IMG/VR virus record: IMGVR_UViG_3300043642_000037
Coordinates: 92,127 to 156,126 of that record
Strand: one strand, 5' to 3'
Length of the DNA stretch: 64,000 nt
Origin: a virus
Lineage: Duplodnaviria > Caudoviricetes
The position numbers were made by a program, and so were the translations under genes. Shown piece by piece: positions 36,550-46,098 of the stretch. Positions within the stretch are counted from its first letter, which is position 1. Each line of letters opens with the position of its first letter. The notes below the pieces were generated by a model. That model saw nothing but the letters and a program-made list of their open reading frames with translations, was not told the origin of the DNA and did not search any database.

Positions 36550-38526
36550 CTACAGGGCCTCGACCGTGACGCCGGCGGAGTTGGCGATGTAGCGCAGCGT
36601 CTGGTTGGTGACGCCGAGCGTGTCCAGATCGAGCGAGGGTCCCGAGACCTGCCGCTCGGGGACGACCCTGACGACGTCGGTGGTCTGATAGCTCATCACA
36701 TCGCCGGTCGGTGCACGAAGATCGAACTCAATCGTAATGGGCTCGATAGGGCCCACGTCGGGATACGTGTTGCGCACGAGCTGCGTCACCGCCGACACGT
36801 CGATCGGGGTGGCCGTGGCGTCGAACCCGTTGACAAAGTCGACGATGGACTGGGCGACGTTGTCGTTGTTCAGGGTCGCGAGGGCCGTGGTCTTCAGCGT
36901 GTAGCGAACGTGCATGCGGACGACCACGGGATGGTGCCCGCGGGGGAGCTGGAACGCGGCGGTCACGCGCTCCCTCCGTCCCCGCACGAACGAGTCGATC
37001 GCCGAGAACGACGCCAGGGTCCGGTAGCGAACCCGCAGGAGCAGGCCGTCGAATCGATCGGGTCGGTCGTCGGTGCCGACCACGACGTCCATCCACTGCA
37101 GGGCGCTCTGCGCGTACGCGGGCCCGTGCACGATGGTCTGAAACTGGAGCCCGGCGTCCGGCGTCGCGACGTCGGATGGCGCGGCGTTGACCTGGTTCGG
37201 GAAGTGAACGAACCCGTCCAGGGTGCTCTTGAACGCCGCCTCGCCGACCGGCGGGTTGGTGATCGCCACGTCGAGCACGTCCATCACGGGTCCGCCCGGA
37301 AGGACGATCCGACCCGGCTGGTTTATCCTACGGGACGTCACCCCGGTGACGAGCGGGGCGCCTCCCACGTCGGAGCGGACGTCGTTGTAGGACGGTCCCA
37401 CGCGCCCGATGACGTACGACACGGTCGTCGGAGGGTTGGCCTCGTCGGTCGCCACGGGGAACGGCGAGCGCTCGCTGACGACCAGCGTAATGGGGTCGTA
37501 GACCTCGATGACGAGGAACTCGCTCGGCGTCGACGGAAGCCCCGCCGTGACGCGGACGATGTCGCCGGGGGTCACCGCGGGCGGGTCGGTGAAGTCCGCC
37601 GAGGCGTCGCGGAACATGCAGGCCACGCCGTCGGGGCGCTCGAACAGGTCTCCGACGGTGCCCACGAACTCGGTCTCCGTCAGCGCGGTGCGCAGGTACA
37701 CGTCGGTCATTCCCCCGACGTGCAGCCGGAGGTGCGGCGCGATCCCCGGGATGAGGTCACGCTGCATCTCGGGGTCCCCAAACCCGACCACGATCAGGCT
37801 GTCGATCCCGTCGAAGTTGTCGTTCAGGGTGGCGTCGATGGACCGGTCGTTGATGAGGTTTCTGACCGACACCGCGGTAGGCGCGCGCTCCAGGATTTCG
37901 TCGACGGTCTCCTGGCCAGCGCCGCCCGAGAACTTCGCCGTGCCCTCGATCCGCGTGACATAGGGGCTGAACCGATCGAAGTCCGAGAACAGCGACGGGT
38001 CGACGTTGTATGCCGCGCCCGTCTGCGTGGCGACCAGCGGGATGCGGAACTCGTAGTCGAGCACGGCGTTGTCCGCGTCGATGATGGGCACCAGCTGAGC
38101 CGCGGGCACGAACAGCACGTCGACGCTGTCGACCACGAAGACCAGGCCCTGGCTGTAGGTGAACCGGGTCGTGGTGGGGATGAAGATGTCGACCTGGCGC
38201 AAGGCGTGCCCGACGACGAAGCCGCGCGACCTCCGTCCAGCCTTGGGCGTGACGAAGAAGTTGGACAGAATCGCGGTCACGGCGTCGGTCAGCGCGTCGG
38301 GATCGGACCCAACCGCACCCTTGACGGTCACCAGCGATCGGAGCTGCAACCCGAGGGAAGCGTCCTTTCGCATGAAGGCCACGACCGCGGCCAGGGCCTT
38401 GACCGTGAGGTCCCGGAGCGCGGTTCCCTGCGTGAAGTCGCCCTCCGGCACCTGATCGGTCAGGAACTGCTCGAGGAAGTTGGCCGCGAGCGTGACGTCG
38501 GCAGATCCGACTACGACCTGGGTCAT
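36550..38526 (-). CDS. Baseplate J-like wedge protein
   Basis: GTALRDL, SNFFVTPKAG, GAAYNV, FSGGAGQETVDEILER, VGFGDPEMQRD. Confidence 0.8.
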   Translation of the reverse strand: MTQVVVGSADVTLAANFLEQFLTDQVPEGDFTQGTALRDLTVKALAAVVAFMRKDASLGLQLRSLVTVKGAVGSDPDALTDAVTAILSNFFVTPKAGRRSRGFVVGHALRQVDIFIPTTTRFTYSQGLVFVVDSVDVLFVPAAQLVPIIDADNAVLDYEFRIPLVATQTGAAYNVDPSLFSDFDRFSPYVTRIEGTAKFSGGAGQETVDEILERAPTAVSVRNLINDRSIDATLNDNFDGIDSLIVVGFGDPEMQRDLIPGIAPHLRLHVGGMTDVYLRTALTETEFVGTVGDLFERPDGVACMFRDASADFTDPPAVTPGDIVRVTAGLPSTPSEFLVIEVYDPITLVVSERSPFPVATDEANPPTTVSYVIGRVGPSYNDVRSDVGGAPLVTGVTSRRINQPGRIVLPGGPVMDVLDVAITNPPVGEAAFKSTLDGFVHFPNQVNAAPSDVATPDAGLQFQTIVHGPAYAQSALQWMDVVVGTDDRPDRFDGLLLRVRYRTLASFSAIDSFVRGRRERVTAAFQLPRGHHPVVVRMHVRYTLKTTALATLNNDNVAQSIVDFVNGFDATATPIDVSAVTQLVRNTYPDVGPIEPITIEFDLRAPTGDVMSYQTTDVVRVVPERQVSGPSLDLDTLGVTNQTLRYIANSAGVTVEAL

Positions 38527-38978
38527 GGGGACACCACCGAGAGCGAGGGTAGGACGAGGGACATTGTCTCGTTTGCCGTGTTCCGGATCAAGATCTGCGC
38601 GGCGAACCCGGGGGCCTCCTCGATGAGGATGAACTGGGTCACCTCGGCCGTGGCCAGCCGTTCGTCGTCCGGGACGCTGCCGCGCCCCGCCTGGAACGCA
38701 CGGATGGCGTCGGTCGTCGTGGTCACGGAGGCCTGGAGGACCTCCTGCGCGTCCGTGAGCGCGACGTTGGATCCGATCAGGCCGGGCAGCACGGTGCCGA
38801 AGGCGAGATCGACCGAGTCGGTGCCGATCGGGGTCAGGAGGAATCGCGCGTACATGTTCACCAGTTTGTTGATGCCTCGGACGCCGAGGGACCTTCGCTG
38901 GCCGAACGAATAGAACGCCATGCCGTCGTAGGCCGCGGCCGGGACGATCTGGACGTTGACGTCGAATCTATTCGCCAC
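38523..38978 (-). CDS. gp25/GPW-like baseplate protein
   Basis: KLVN..FLLTPIGTD....FGT; directly upstream of baseplate J. Confidence 0.7.
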   Translation of the reverse strand: MANRFDVNVQIVPAAAYDGMAFYSFGQRRSLGVRGINKLVNMYARFLLTPIGTDSVDLAFGTVLPGLIGSNVALTDAQEVLQASVTTTTDAIRAFQAGRGSVPDDERLATAEVTQFILIEEAPGFAAQILIRNTANETMSLVLPSLSVVSP

Positions 38979-39102
38979 GAGGCCTCAACGACCTTTGGTA
39001 GCGGTGTTCTTCAATCACGAATCCAACACCAGCGATCGCGAACAAGACAAGGCCTACGACGAGAACCCAGAACGAAAAATCGATCGTTTCTTGGGTGGTC
39101 AT
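38968..39102 (-). CDS. 44-aa single-TM protein
   Basis: Not in the track. MTTQETIDFSFWVLVVGLVLFAIAGVGFVIEEHRYQRSLRPRGE; ATGA overlap with the M23 gene. Confidence 0.55.
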   Translation of the reverse strand: MTTQETIDFSFWVLVVGLVLFAIAGVGFVIEEHRYQRSLRPRGE

Positions 39103-40196
39103 AGAGGTTGGCCATCGCTCCACGTCCCGGTGTCGAAGTTGAACGTCATCGGCGAGGTCACCACGGCCCCGCCGCCCTGGAAGGCGGCCACGGCGGCATA
39201 CAGCCCTCCTTGGTACGCTCCCAGGCGAGTCTCCATCAGGTCATCATGACGCGCCTGGTTGCGCTTGATGTCGGCCACGCCCTGATTCTGCGTCGCGGTA
39301 GCTCGATCCGACGCCTGCGTCTGGGCCGTCGCGGCGCCGGTCGCGACCTGTGATCCCGCGGGAGCCAGTCCTATCGTCGGCGTGGGCGGGGCGATCTGCC
39401 CGGGCGTCGCCGCGACGGTCGAGTCCGAGTGTCCCGGCCAGTAGTTGGGCACGAGCGCGGTCGGCCTGACCAGCGCCGAGGTGCCCGCCGCGACCAGCGC
39501 GACCTGGAAGTGAAGGTGGGGCCCGATGCCCTGCACCCCGGTGCTCCCGATCGTCCCGACCTGCTGGCCCTCGCTGACGCGCTGGCCCTCGCGCACCGTG
39601 ACGCTCGACAGGTGGTAGTACTCGGTGCGGTAGCCCTCGAAGTCGCCATTGTGCTTGACGTGCACAGCGATTCCTCCGAACCCGACCTGGTCGATCAAGG
39701 CGACCACGTTGCCCACCTTGTCGAGCACGTTGTTCCTCGCGTCCGCGCGAGCGCCGTCGACCCCGACGGCGCCCCTCCGGGACTGGTACCCGGCGAACGA
39801 CACGATGCCGTCGCCGCACGAGAGCACCGCCTCGCCGGCGGGCGCCATGAAGTCGAGGCCCTGGTGCCGGGAGTTCGTGCTGATGTGAGGATCGTACGAG
39901 AACGACCGGGGATCGCCCCAGCCGCCGGACAGCCTGCGCTCCCGTCCCGGCCCCTGCGCGAACTTGCCCGTCTTCGCGAGCGGGGAGCCCAGCAGCCGGC
40001 GAAGGGGAACAGGCGCCGTGTCGAAGAAACGTCGGCCGGTCGTCGGGTCGTACTCGAGCGCGGGAACCGCCTGGTTGAGATCGGTCCCCTTCTTGGCCGC
40101 CAGGGTGGCGGCGGCGCGCTGCAGGCGGAGCGCGACGTCGTCCTGCGGGCGTTCTGCGGGGGCGACGGCGCTGCGGTCGGTCGGGGCCGCGGTCAT
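39099..40196 (-). CDS. M23 family peptidoglycan peptidase
   Basis: HQGLDF (HxxxD), YYHL, GSTG...GPHLHF (HxH). Start re-placed to the ATG at 40196. Confidence 0.88.
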   Translation of the reverse strand: MTAAPTDRSAVAPAERPQDDVALRLQRAAATLAAKKGTDLNQAVPALEYDPTTGRRFFDTAPVPLRRLLGSPLAKTGKFAQGPGRERRLSGGWGDPRSFSYDPHISTNSRHQGLDFMAPAGEAVLSCGDGIVSFAGYQSRRGAVGVDGARADARNNVLDKVGNVVALIDQVGFGGIAVHVKHNGDFEGYRTEYYHLSSVTVREGQRVSEGQQVGTIGSTGVQGIGPHLHFQVALVAAGTSALVRPTALVPNYWPGHSDSTVAATPGQIAPPTPTIGLAPAGSQVATGAATAQTQASDRATATQNQGVADIKRNQARHDDLMETRLGAYQGGLYAAVAAFQGGGAVVTSPMTFNFDTGTWSDGQPL

Positions 40197-40408
40197 CGAC
40201 GCGCTCCGATCCAGCGGTAGGACGACCACCAGCCGGTCAGCGGAACGACCCAGCGGAGCAGCGAGAACGACACGACGTCGTCCGCGGCGATCTCGCGATC
40301 CCACCAACGCCTGCGCTGGTCCGGCCGGCGGACGTGCGTGAACGACACCTGGAGGCGCACGCAGAACCACTGCAGCACGACGAAGTTGAGCAGGCCCAGC
40401 AGACTCAT
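40193..40408 (-). CDS. small Trp-rich hypothetical protein
   Basis: ATGA overlaps on both sides. Confidence 0.55.
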   Translation of the reverse strand: MSLLGLLNFVVLQWFCVRLQVSFTHVRRPDQRRRWWDREIAADDVVSFSLLRWVVPLTGWWSSYRWIGARR

Positions 40409-41160
40409 CGCTTCCCTTTCTGCACGTCCGAGACGTGCGCGATCAGCTTCGCTTTCTGATACGAGTAGATACCTTGCGTCAGACCGAGCTTTTTTTGGAT
40501 TTCGTTGTTTGAGAGTACCTCAGACCCCGCGTACCCCGTCAAATGCTCGAAGATCGCCTTCTGGACCGGCGGCAGACCGTGGTGGACGAAGTCCAGCGTG
40601 TGGTCCTGTCGCTCGTCCTCGTGCAACCCGGAGGCGCCGGAGTCGTCGTGACCGCCGGACTCCAGCAGCTCCCGCCGGCCGATCGATCGGCGGAACTCCT
40701 CGACGCGCGGAATGGACCATCCCAGCTCGTCGGCCATCTCGTCGGTGGTCGGCGACCGTCCAAGCTCGTCCCCCAGGCGCGCGCTCGCCTTGTGGTAGGC
40801 GTGAAACCACAGCATTTTGTTCTCGGGCAGCCGGGCCACGTTCTGGTTGGCGTACGCGAGCCTGCTCATCCGCTGCAGCTGGTTGACGACGTGCGTGCCG
40901 AGCGCGGCGCCCTTGCCGGGGTCGTAGCCGTGGAACGCCTGCATCGCCAGGCGCTTGCCCTCGGTCTCGAGTAGCGGGCGGGCCATCGTCTGGTCCCACT
41001 TCGACGCCTCGCGCGAGATCAACGGCGAGATCTGGGCGAGCAGCGCTGAGGCCGCGGCGTCGGACGGATTCCTCCTCCACGCGCGCCACAACACGAGGTC
41101 GCGCTCCGCCTTCGTCTCCTCTGCGGCCTTCGCGAGCCTTGCGATCTTGTCTAGCGTCAT
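40405..41160 (-). CDS. sigma-70 family sigma factor (FliA/SigF-like), probable late sigma
   Basis: True start ATG at 41160 (MTLDKIARL); AFHGYDPGKGAALGTHV, VARLP, LGRSPTTDEMADELGWS, LPPVQKAIFE. Confidence 0.82.
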   Translation of the reverse strand: MTLDKIARLAKAAEETKAERDLVLWRAWRRNPSDAAASALLAQISPLISREASKWDQTMARPLLETEGKRLAMQAFHGYDPGKGAALGTHVVNQLQRMSRLAYANQNVARLPENKMLWFHAYHKASARLGDELGRSPTTDEMADELGWSIPRVEEFRRSIGRRELLESGGHDDSGASGLHEDERQDHTLDFVHHGLPPVQKAIFEHLTGYAGSEVLSNNEIQKKLGLTQGIYSYQKAKLIAHVSDVQKGKR

Positions 41161-44100
41161 GTGCGTGGCGCCTTTACCGAGCGAACGTTGGAGCGGTAGG
41201 CCAGGAGCGCCTGGTCCCAGTCCGCGCGAGCCTGGGGGAAGCTCGCGTTGGACAGGCCCGGGACGGTGGCGACCAGGGACGGCGCTTGCGCCGGCTGGCC
41301 GGTGACCGCGTTCCTCGCGCCGAGCTGCGCCGCGGCCTGGGGATCCGTCGGTGTCTGCGCGGGGCTCAGGCCGTCGGCGCCGCCGGGCGCGCGAAGGCTG
41401 GCCTGCTCCTCGCCGGTCGGGGCGGTCATCCGACGGATCCTCGAGTAGTAGGTCGCGCCGAGGCTGCCCGCGGCGCCGGCCGCCGAGACCAGCCCCTCGC
41501 CCGCGGCGTCGTGAAACACCACGTACTCGTCGAGGGTGCAGATCGGCCGCCACGCGTACCTCATCGCGTCGTCGTACCCGCTGAACAGGGGCGCGGCGGA
41601 CGCCAGCGGGACCAGCTCGCGGTTGCCCACCAGGTTGTGCGTGACCTGCGCGGTGCGCGTGACGTCCTGCGTGGACTGAATCACGGACAGCGCCTTCTGG
41701 ATCTTGGCGTCGATGGCGGACAGATCGGCGCGCAGCTGCGAGACCTGCGTCGTGGCGTCGGAGATCGACCTGCTCAGCGCGGCGAGCTGCGTCGCCGCGG
41801 TGTTGGAGGCGGTGACGTTCAGGGTCGCGGCCTGCGCGGACGCCGAGGACAGGCCGGCGCTGACGCTTGCCAGCTGCGCGGTCTTGTCCGCCCGGTCGCC
41901 GGTCAGCTGCGCGAGCTGGACCTGCGCGGTCGCGAGGTCGTCCTGATCGGCCTCCTCCGGGCCGTCCACGAATATCGAGACGGGTGACCCGCCGGCGACG
42001 TCGGGCGCGTACCCGATGACCTTGCGGAAGTCGAACGACGCGTCCTTGTTGAACAGCGGCTGTCCGCCGTAGAACAGCCGCTGGTAGTAGGTCTCCGCCT
42101 GCGTGAACGACTGGATGACCTTCCGCACGTCGCGGATGGGCTCGGCCGGCGCCGCGCCCGCCGACGCCTCGCCGTCGGCGAACTGCCGGGCCATAAGGTC
42201 GAACATCTCCTGCAGCTGGCGCCCGTACAGGAATGATATCGTCGTCGACTTCCTCGCGGACGTCGCGCTGAGGTCGATGACGTCCTGCACGGTCGTCACG
42301 TAGCACGCGATGTCGACGCGGGACGACCGGTGGTCGAAGATGACGGCCGGGAAGCCGGCGACGACGTACGGGTTCCACGCAATCTGCGCCGACCCGGATC
42401 GCTTCGCGTAGCGCTCGCGAAAGAACTCGTACTTGGCGTAGAGCTGGTAGACCGTCTCCGCGCTCTCCAGCGAGGCGGTCACGGACTCGCTGACCTGGGG
42501 CGCCTGGGCCGTCGCGGGCGGGACCGCCGGCGCGGAGGCCACGTCCGTGGACGTCCTCGGCGCGGTCGTCGACGCGGGCGCCCGCGTCGGGCGAGGATCG
42601 CTCTTGGTGATCATCGCGCCCGAGGCGCCCGCGACCACGCCGCCGACCGCCGTGGCCCCGTTGACGACGTTGGCCACGCCGGCCGACAGGGTCGGCGCCG
42701 CCGCCTTGTACATCTCCTCCCACGAGATCGGCGCTCGGCCGAGCACCGCTCGCGCCGCCTGGACCGTCTGCTTCGCGAAGCCGACGCCGTTGTGACCGAG
42801 CTTGGTGAGGCGCCACATGTCCGCCTCGGGCCAGGACAGGCCCTGCTCGATCGCGATGCGGTTCGCGAACCGCCGGTAGAACTGCACCAGCTTGACGCCG
42901 GACTGCAGAGAGAAGTCCTCGTCCGTCGACAGGCGCGCGTTCGTGTCGTCCGGGCCCGTGCCGGTCGCGTCGAGCCCGAGCCCGATCATTCCCGCCTCGG
43001 ATCCCTGGAGCGTCGTGGTCGTGCCGCCGGAGACGTGAGGGCCCATGATCTGGAAGAAGCCGCGCTCGTTGAGTCGCGTCACAGTGCGGATGCTCCCGTC
43101 GGACTCTTGGGATATCCAGGCCAGCAGGAAGTCGGCGGGGATCCCCGCGACGACCCCCAGCCGGGTGATCTTGGGGCGGAGGTTCTCTACCGCGCGACCG
43201 AACACGCGGGTGCCGTCGGGCCCCTGCGTGCCTACGCGGCCCGCGGTGACCATCGTGCCTGCGGGCACCGAGACGGCGGCCGGCGCCGGGACCTGCGACG
43301 TCCGCGCGGGCGCGGGCGGCGTCTCCACCGCGCCGTCCGCGGTTCGTCCCGTCGGCGGCGTGCTCATCAGCTCGCTCTGCTTGAGGAAGAACAGCCACGG
43401 CGGGACGTCCCTGCGGTCGAGGACCGGGCCCTTGAAGAACTCCTCGGGCCACAGCAGCAGGTTCTTGCCGTTGAGCTTGCCGCCCCCGCGCGCCCGCGCG
43501 TGCATGGCCGCGTCGGCCTCCGGCGGGTAGGCGATCGTTAGCGCGTTGTGCACGGTCTCCCTGTATCCGCCGCGCGGGATGCGGAGCAGGTTGAGCAGCG
43601 TCTCGTCGTTGAAGTAGAGCCGGGTCGGCTGGGTCGCGTAGTTCTCGTCGTACGAGAGCGCCACCAGCTGCGACGGGAAGATCACGTTGCAGCTCGGCGC
43701 GATGCCGAACAGGGTCTGCGGCTTGGGGAAGTAGCTCGGTATCCGGCGCGGCGTGGTCTTCCGGCTCTCGCCGGCGAGGGCGGCGACGAACGCGCCACTC
43801 GGGACGCGAGCCGGGTCGAACGCGAGCACGTGATCGGAGAAGTTGGTCTGCTGGATCAGGCCGCTGGACAGGGACGTCGCGACCAGCGGCATCGACGGGA
43901 CCATCGCGATCTCGAACAGCATGGTCTGGAAGACCAGCTGGAGCATGTCCCATATGGACCCGGAGTTCTGCACGTTCGGGATCAGGTTCCTGGCGATGGT
44001 GTCGACGGCGGAGACGTTCTGCAGGGCCCGAAGGACCGGGAACACGTTCGGGTTGTCGACTATCTCATCGAAGAACGGCGAGGCGACGAATCGGTTGTGG

Positions 44101-44735
44101 AAGTTGGTGAGCCGCGACCACCTGGAGAAGAAGTTCGCAGCCGGGATCGTCTGCTGCTCGCGGGGAACCTGGGCCCCGATCATGTTTCGGATCACGTTGT
44201 ACAGGAAGTCGAACGGGCGAACGATCGACGAGGCGTCCTGCGCCAGCCCCTCTCCCGGGATCAGGCCCTGCTTGAACAGCGAGAACGGGAACACGATCTG
44301 GCTGGTCGGGACGCCGACGCCGGTCGCGTCGGCGCCGGGAAGCGTGCTGTGCCCGAGGAGATCGTCGAACGTCGTCAGGAACTGGACGAACAGCTGCGTG
44401 AAGATCGCGATCTGCGCCACCGCGGTGAGGGTGATGACGCGACCCGAGAATAGGCTCTGGTACCCCCACCCGGTGATCTCGCCGTCGAACCACAGGCGGA
44501 ACTGGGGTACGACGCTCGGATCGACGGAGGTGTCGTCGAGGTAGAACACCTCGAGCTGCACGCGATCCTCGGCGCCGAGCCGCGTGAGCACGGGGTCGGG
44601 CACCATCGAGACCTGGACCTCGGGGACCTGCCACACGCCGTACCTCCGCGCGACGCGGACGACGGGCACCTCGATCCCGTTGATGTACACGATCGCGGCG
44701 GCGCCGTGCGGAAGGCTCGACGAGAACTCGCTCAT
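41157..44735 (-). CDS. Baseplate hub-like protein with lytic transglycosylase (SLT) domain and coiled coil
   Basis: LWFDGEITGW hub-like N-terminus; ISQESDG, GFFQI, HNG lysozyme-like motifs; heptad-rich segment near the C-terminus. Confidence 0.7.
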   Translation of the reverse strand: MSEFSSSLPHGAAAIVYINGIEVPVVRVARRYGVWQVPEVQVSMVPDPVLTRLGAEDRVQLEVFYLDDTSVDPSVVPQFRLWFDGEITGWGYQSLFSGRVITLTAVAQIAIFTQLFVQFLTTFDDLLGHSTLPGADATGVGVPTSQIVFPFSLFKQGLIPGEGLAQDASSIVRPFDFLYNVIRNMIGAQVPREQQTIPAANFFSRWSRLTNFHNRFVASPFFDEIVDNPNVFPVLRALQNVSAVDTIARNLIPNVQNSGSIWDMLQLVFQTMLFEIAMVPSMPLVATSLSSGLIQQTNFSDHVLAFDPARVPSGAFVAALAGESRKTTPRRIPSYFPKPQTLFGIAPSCNVIFPSQLVALSYDENYATQPTRLYFNDETLLNLLRIPRGGYRETVHNALTIAYPPEADAAMHARARGGGKLNGKNLLLWPEEFFKGPVLDRRDVPPWLFFLKQSELMSTPPTGRTADGAVETPPAPARTSQVPAPAAVSVPAGTMVTAGRVGTQGPDGTRVFGRAVENLRPKITRLGVVAGIPADFLLAWISQESDGSIRTVTRLNERGFFQIMGPHVSGGTTTTLQGSEAGMIGLGLDATGTGPDDTNARLSTDEDFSLQSGVKLVQFYRRFANRIAIEQGLSWPEADMWRLTKLGHNGVGFAKQTVQAARAVLGRAPISWEEMYKAAAPTLSAGVANVVNGATAVGGVVAGASGAMITKSDPRPTRAPASTTAPRTSTDVASAPAVPPATAQAPQVSESVTASLESAETVYQLYAKYEFFRERYAKRSGSAQIAWNPYVVAGFPAVIFDHRSSRVDIACYVTTVQDVIDLSATSARKSTTISFLYGRQLQEMFDLMARQFADGEASAGAAPAEPIRDVRKVIQSFTQAETYYQRLFYGGQPLFNKDASFDFRKVIGYAPDVAGGSPVSIFVDGPEEADQDDLATAQVQLAQLTGDRADKTAQLASVSAGLSSASAQAATLNVTASNTAATQLAALSRSISDATTQVSQLRADLSAIDAKIQKALSVIQSTQDVTRTAQVTHNLVGNRELVPLASAAPLFSGYDDAMRYAWRPICTLDEYVVFHDAAGEGLVSAAGAAGSLGATYYSRIRRMTAPTGEEQASLRAPGGADGLSPAQTPTDPQAAAQLGARNAVTGQPAQAPSLVATVPGLSNASFPQARADWDQALLAYRSNVRSVKAPRT

Positions 44736-45142
44736 GACAGCGCCGCCGCGAGCGAGAGCGCCGCCGCCGTGGCGCACACGCGGTACCGGGGATAGTCGCC
44801 CGCAAGGTGCCGGCGAAGGAGCCCGACGTAGGGCTCGGGCGCGCCCAGACCCGTCAGGTCGTCCAGCGCCGGCTCGATGAGGAACCTGTTGGCCCGGAGG
44901 TCCTTGTCGACGTCGAGAAACCTGCGACGGGACGTCACCACGGTCCCGGGCACGCTCGGGGAGGGCGCGATCACCTTCGTCAGGATCACGCCGATCTCCG
45001 TCTCGATCGCCATCTGCGCCGCGACCAGGACCCCGTCAGCAGGGCTCCGGCTGTCCACCACGGAAAACAGGAAGCGAGTCCGCAGCTGCTCGATGCCGTA
45101 CGGGCCGAGCGCGCGCGCGAGGGCCACCTCGAGCGGGATCAC
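44732..45142 (-). CDS. hypothetical protein in tail module
   Basis: Overlapping start/stop with both neighbours. Confidence 0.6.
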   Translation of the reverse strand: MIPLEVALARALGPYGIEQLRTRFLFSVVDSRSPADGVLVAAQMAIETEIGVILTKVIAPSPSVPGTVVTSRRRFLDVDKDLRANRFLIEPALDDLTGLGAPEPYVGLLRRHLAGDYPRYRVCATAAALSLAAALS

Positions 45143-46098
45143 AGCGCACCCGCGAACGCGGCCGGGGGACCGACCGGCGTGCCGTCTATCGCGCCCCGCA
45201 CGTTGCTGGTCTGCGAGCCGGCGACGGAGTCCGCCGCGCGGGACATGAGCTGCGCGGGCGCGGTCCGCGTCCGATCGACGACCCCGGGCTCCTCCTGGCC
45301 CGCCGTGCTCACCGCGGCGAGATCAGGCGGCAGCACCATCGAGGACCTGACGCGCACGTCCGACGGCCGGCCCACCGGCCCGAGGTTGGTGACCGCGCTG
45401 TCGGCCGCGAGGGCGACGTAGTCGGCGGCCGAGGTCCGCTGGAACAGCGGGCTCTGCACGATCACGTAGCTCTTGACCAGGAAGCTGAACGCGAACGGCA
45501 CCGCCATCTCGTTGTCCGCGTTCAGCGTCTGCTGCTTGGCGGTGATTGCGCCCTCGACGATCACCGAGTCGTAGCGGAGCCGGGCGAGCGCGCCGCGCCG
45601 CGCCAGCTGGGTCCCGCGCAGGATCTGCGAGTACGCGATCGCGAACCCGACGCGCTGGTCGTCCTGCAGCGAGTTGAGCAGGTATCCCGAGTACTGGAAT
45701 GTCGGCGGGGCCTCGCCGAAGAAGAACGCCACGTAGTCGTCGCCGACGGTCTTCTCGACCTGGACGACCTCCTGACGCGGCTCGATCGCCTGCGTCAGGA
45801 TGAAGTCGACGTACCCCGAGGAGCCGTGGTTGTTGTTGCCCAGGAGGACCTGGGCCAGCGCCTTGGCCTCCTGCGGAAGGCTGGCCAGGTACGCCGTCTG
45901 CGTCGTGGGATCTGCGTCGGCGAGGCTGATGAACATCCTCGCCATGGTGTCGCGGAACTCGGCGTCCCGCGCGCCCTTGTTGCGCGCGTACTTGGGCGTG
46001 GACAGCGGGTTGTCCGCGAAGATGCCCTGCTGCCGTCGGATCGCCGGATCCGCGGCCGCGTTGTTCTGGCTGACGAAGCTCCCGTACGGTCCCGCCAT
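45139..46098 (-). CDS. Tail/baseplate protein downstream of the tape measure
   Basis: QVEKTVGDDYVAFFFGEAP..YSGYLLN; start at 46098 is coupled to the tape measure stop. Confidence 0.6.
   Translation of the reverse strand: MAGPYGSFVSQNNAAADPAIRRQQGIFADNPLSTPKYARNKGARDAEFRDTMARMFISLADADPTTQTAYLASLPQEAKALAQVLLGNNNHGSSGYVDFILTQAIEPRQEVVQVEKTVGDDYVAFFFGEAPPTFQYSGYLLNSLQDDQRVGFAIAYSQILRGTQLARRGALARLRYDSVIVEGAITAKQQTLNADNEMAVPFAFSFLVKSYVIVQSPLFQRTSAADYVALAADSAVTNLGPVGRPSDVRVRSSMVLPPDLAAVSTAGQEEPGVVDRTRTAPAQLMSRAADSVAGSQTSNVRGAIDGTPVGPPAAFAGAL

Noticed and set aside
34145-38913. Two ~790-aa + strand ORFs
   Set aside because: Antisense to the well-supported baseplate genes
41161-43953. Apparent 930-aa N-terminal extension of the sigma factor
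   Set aside because: Off-frame overlap with the hub gene; the real start is the ATGA-coupled ATG at 41160
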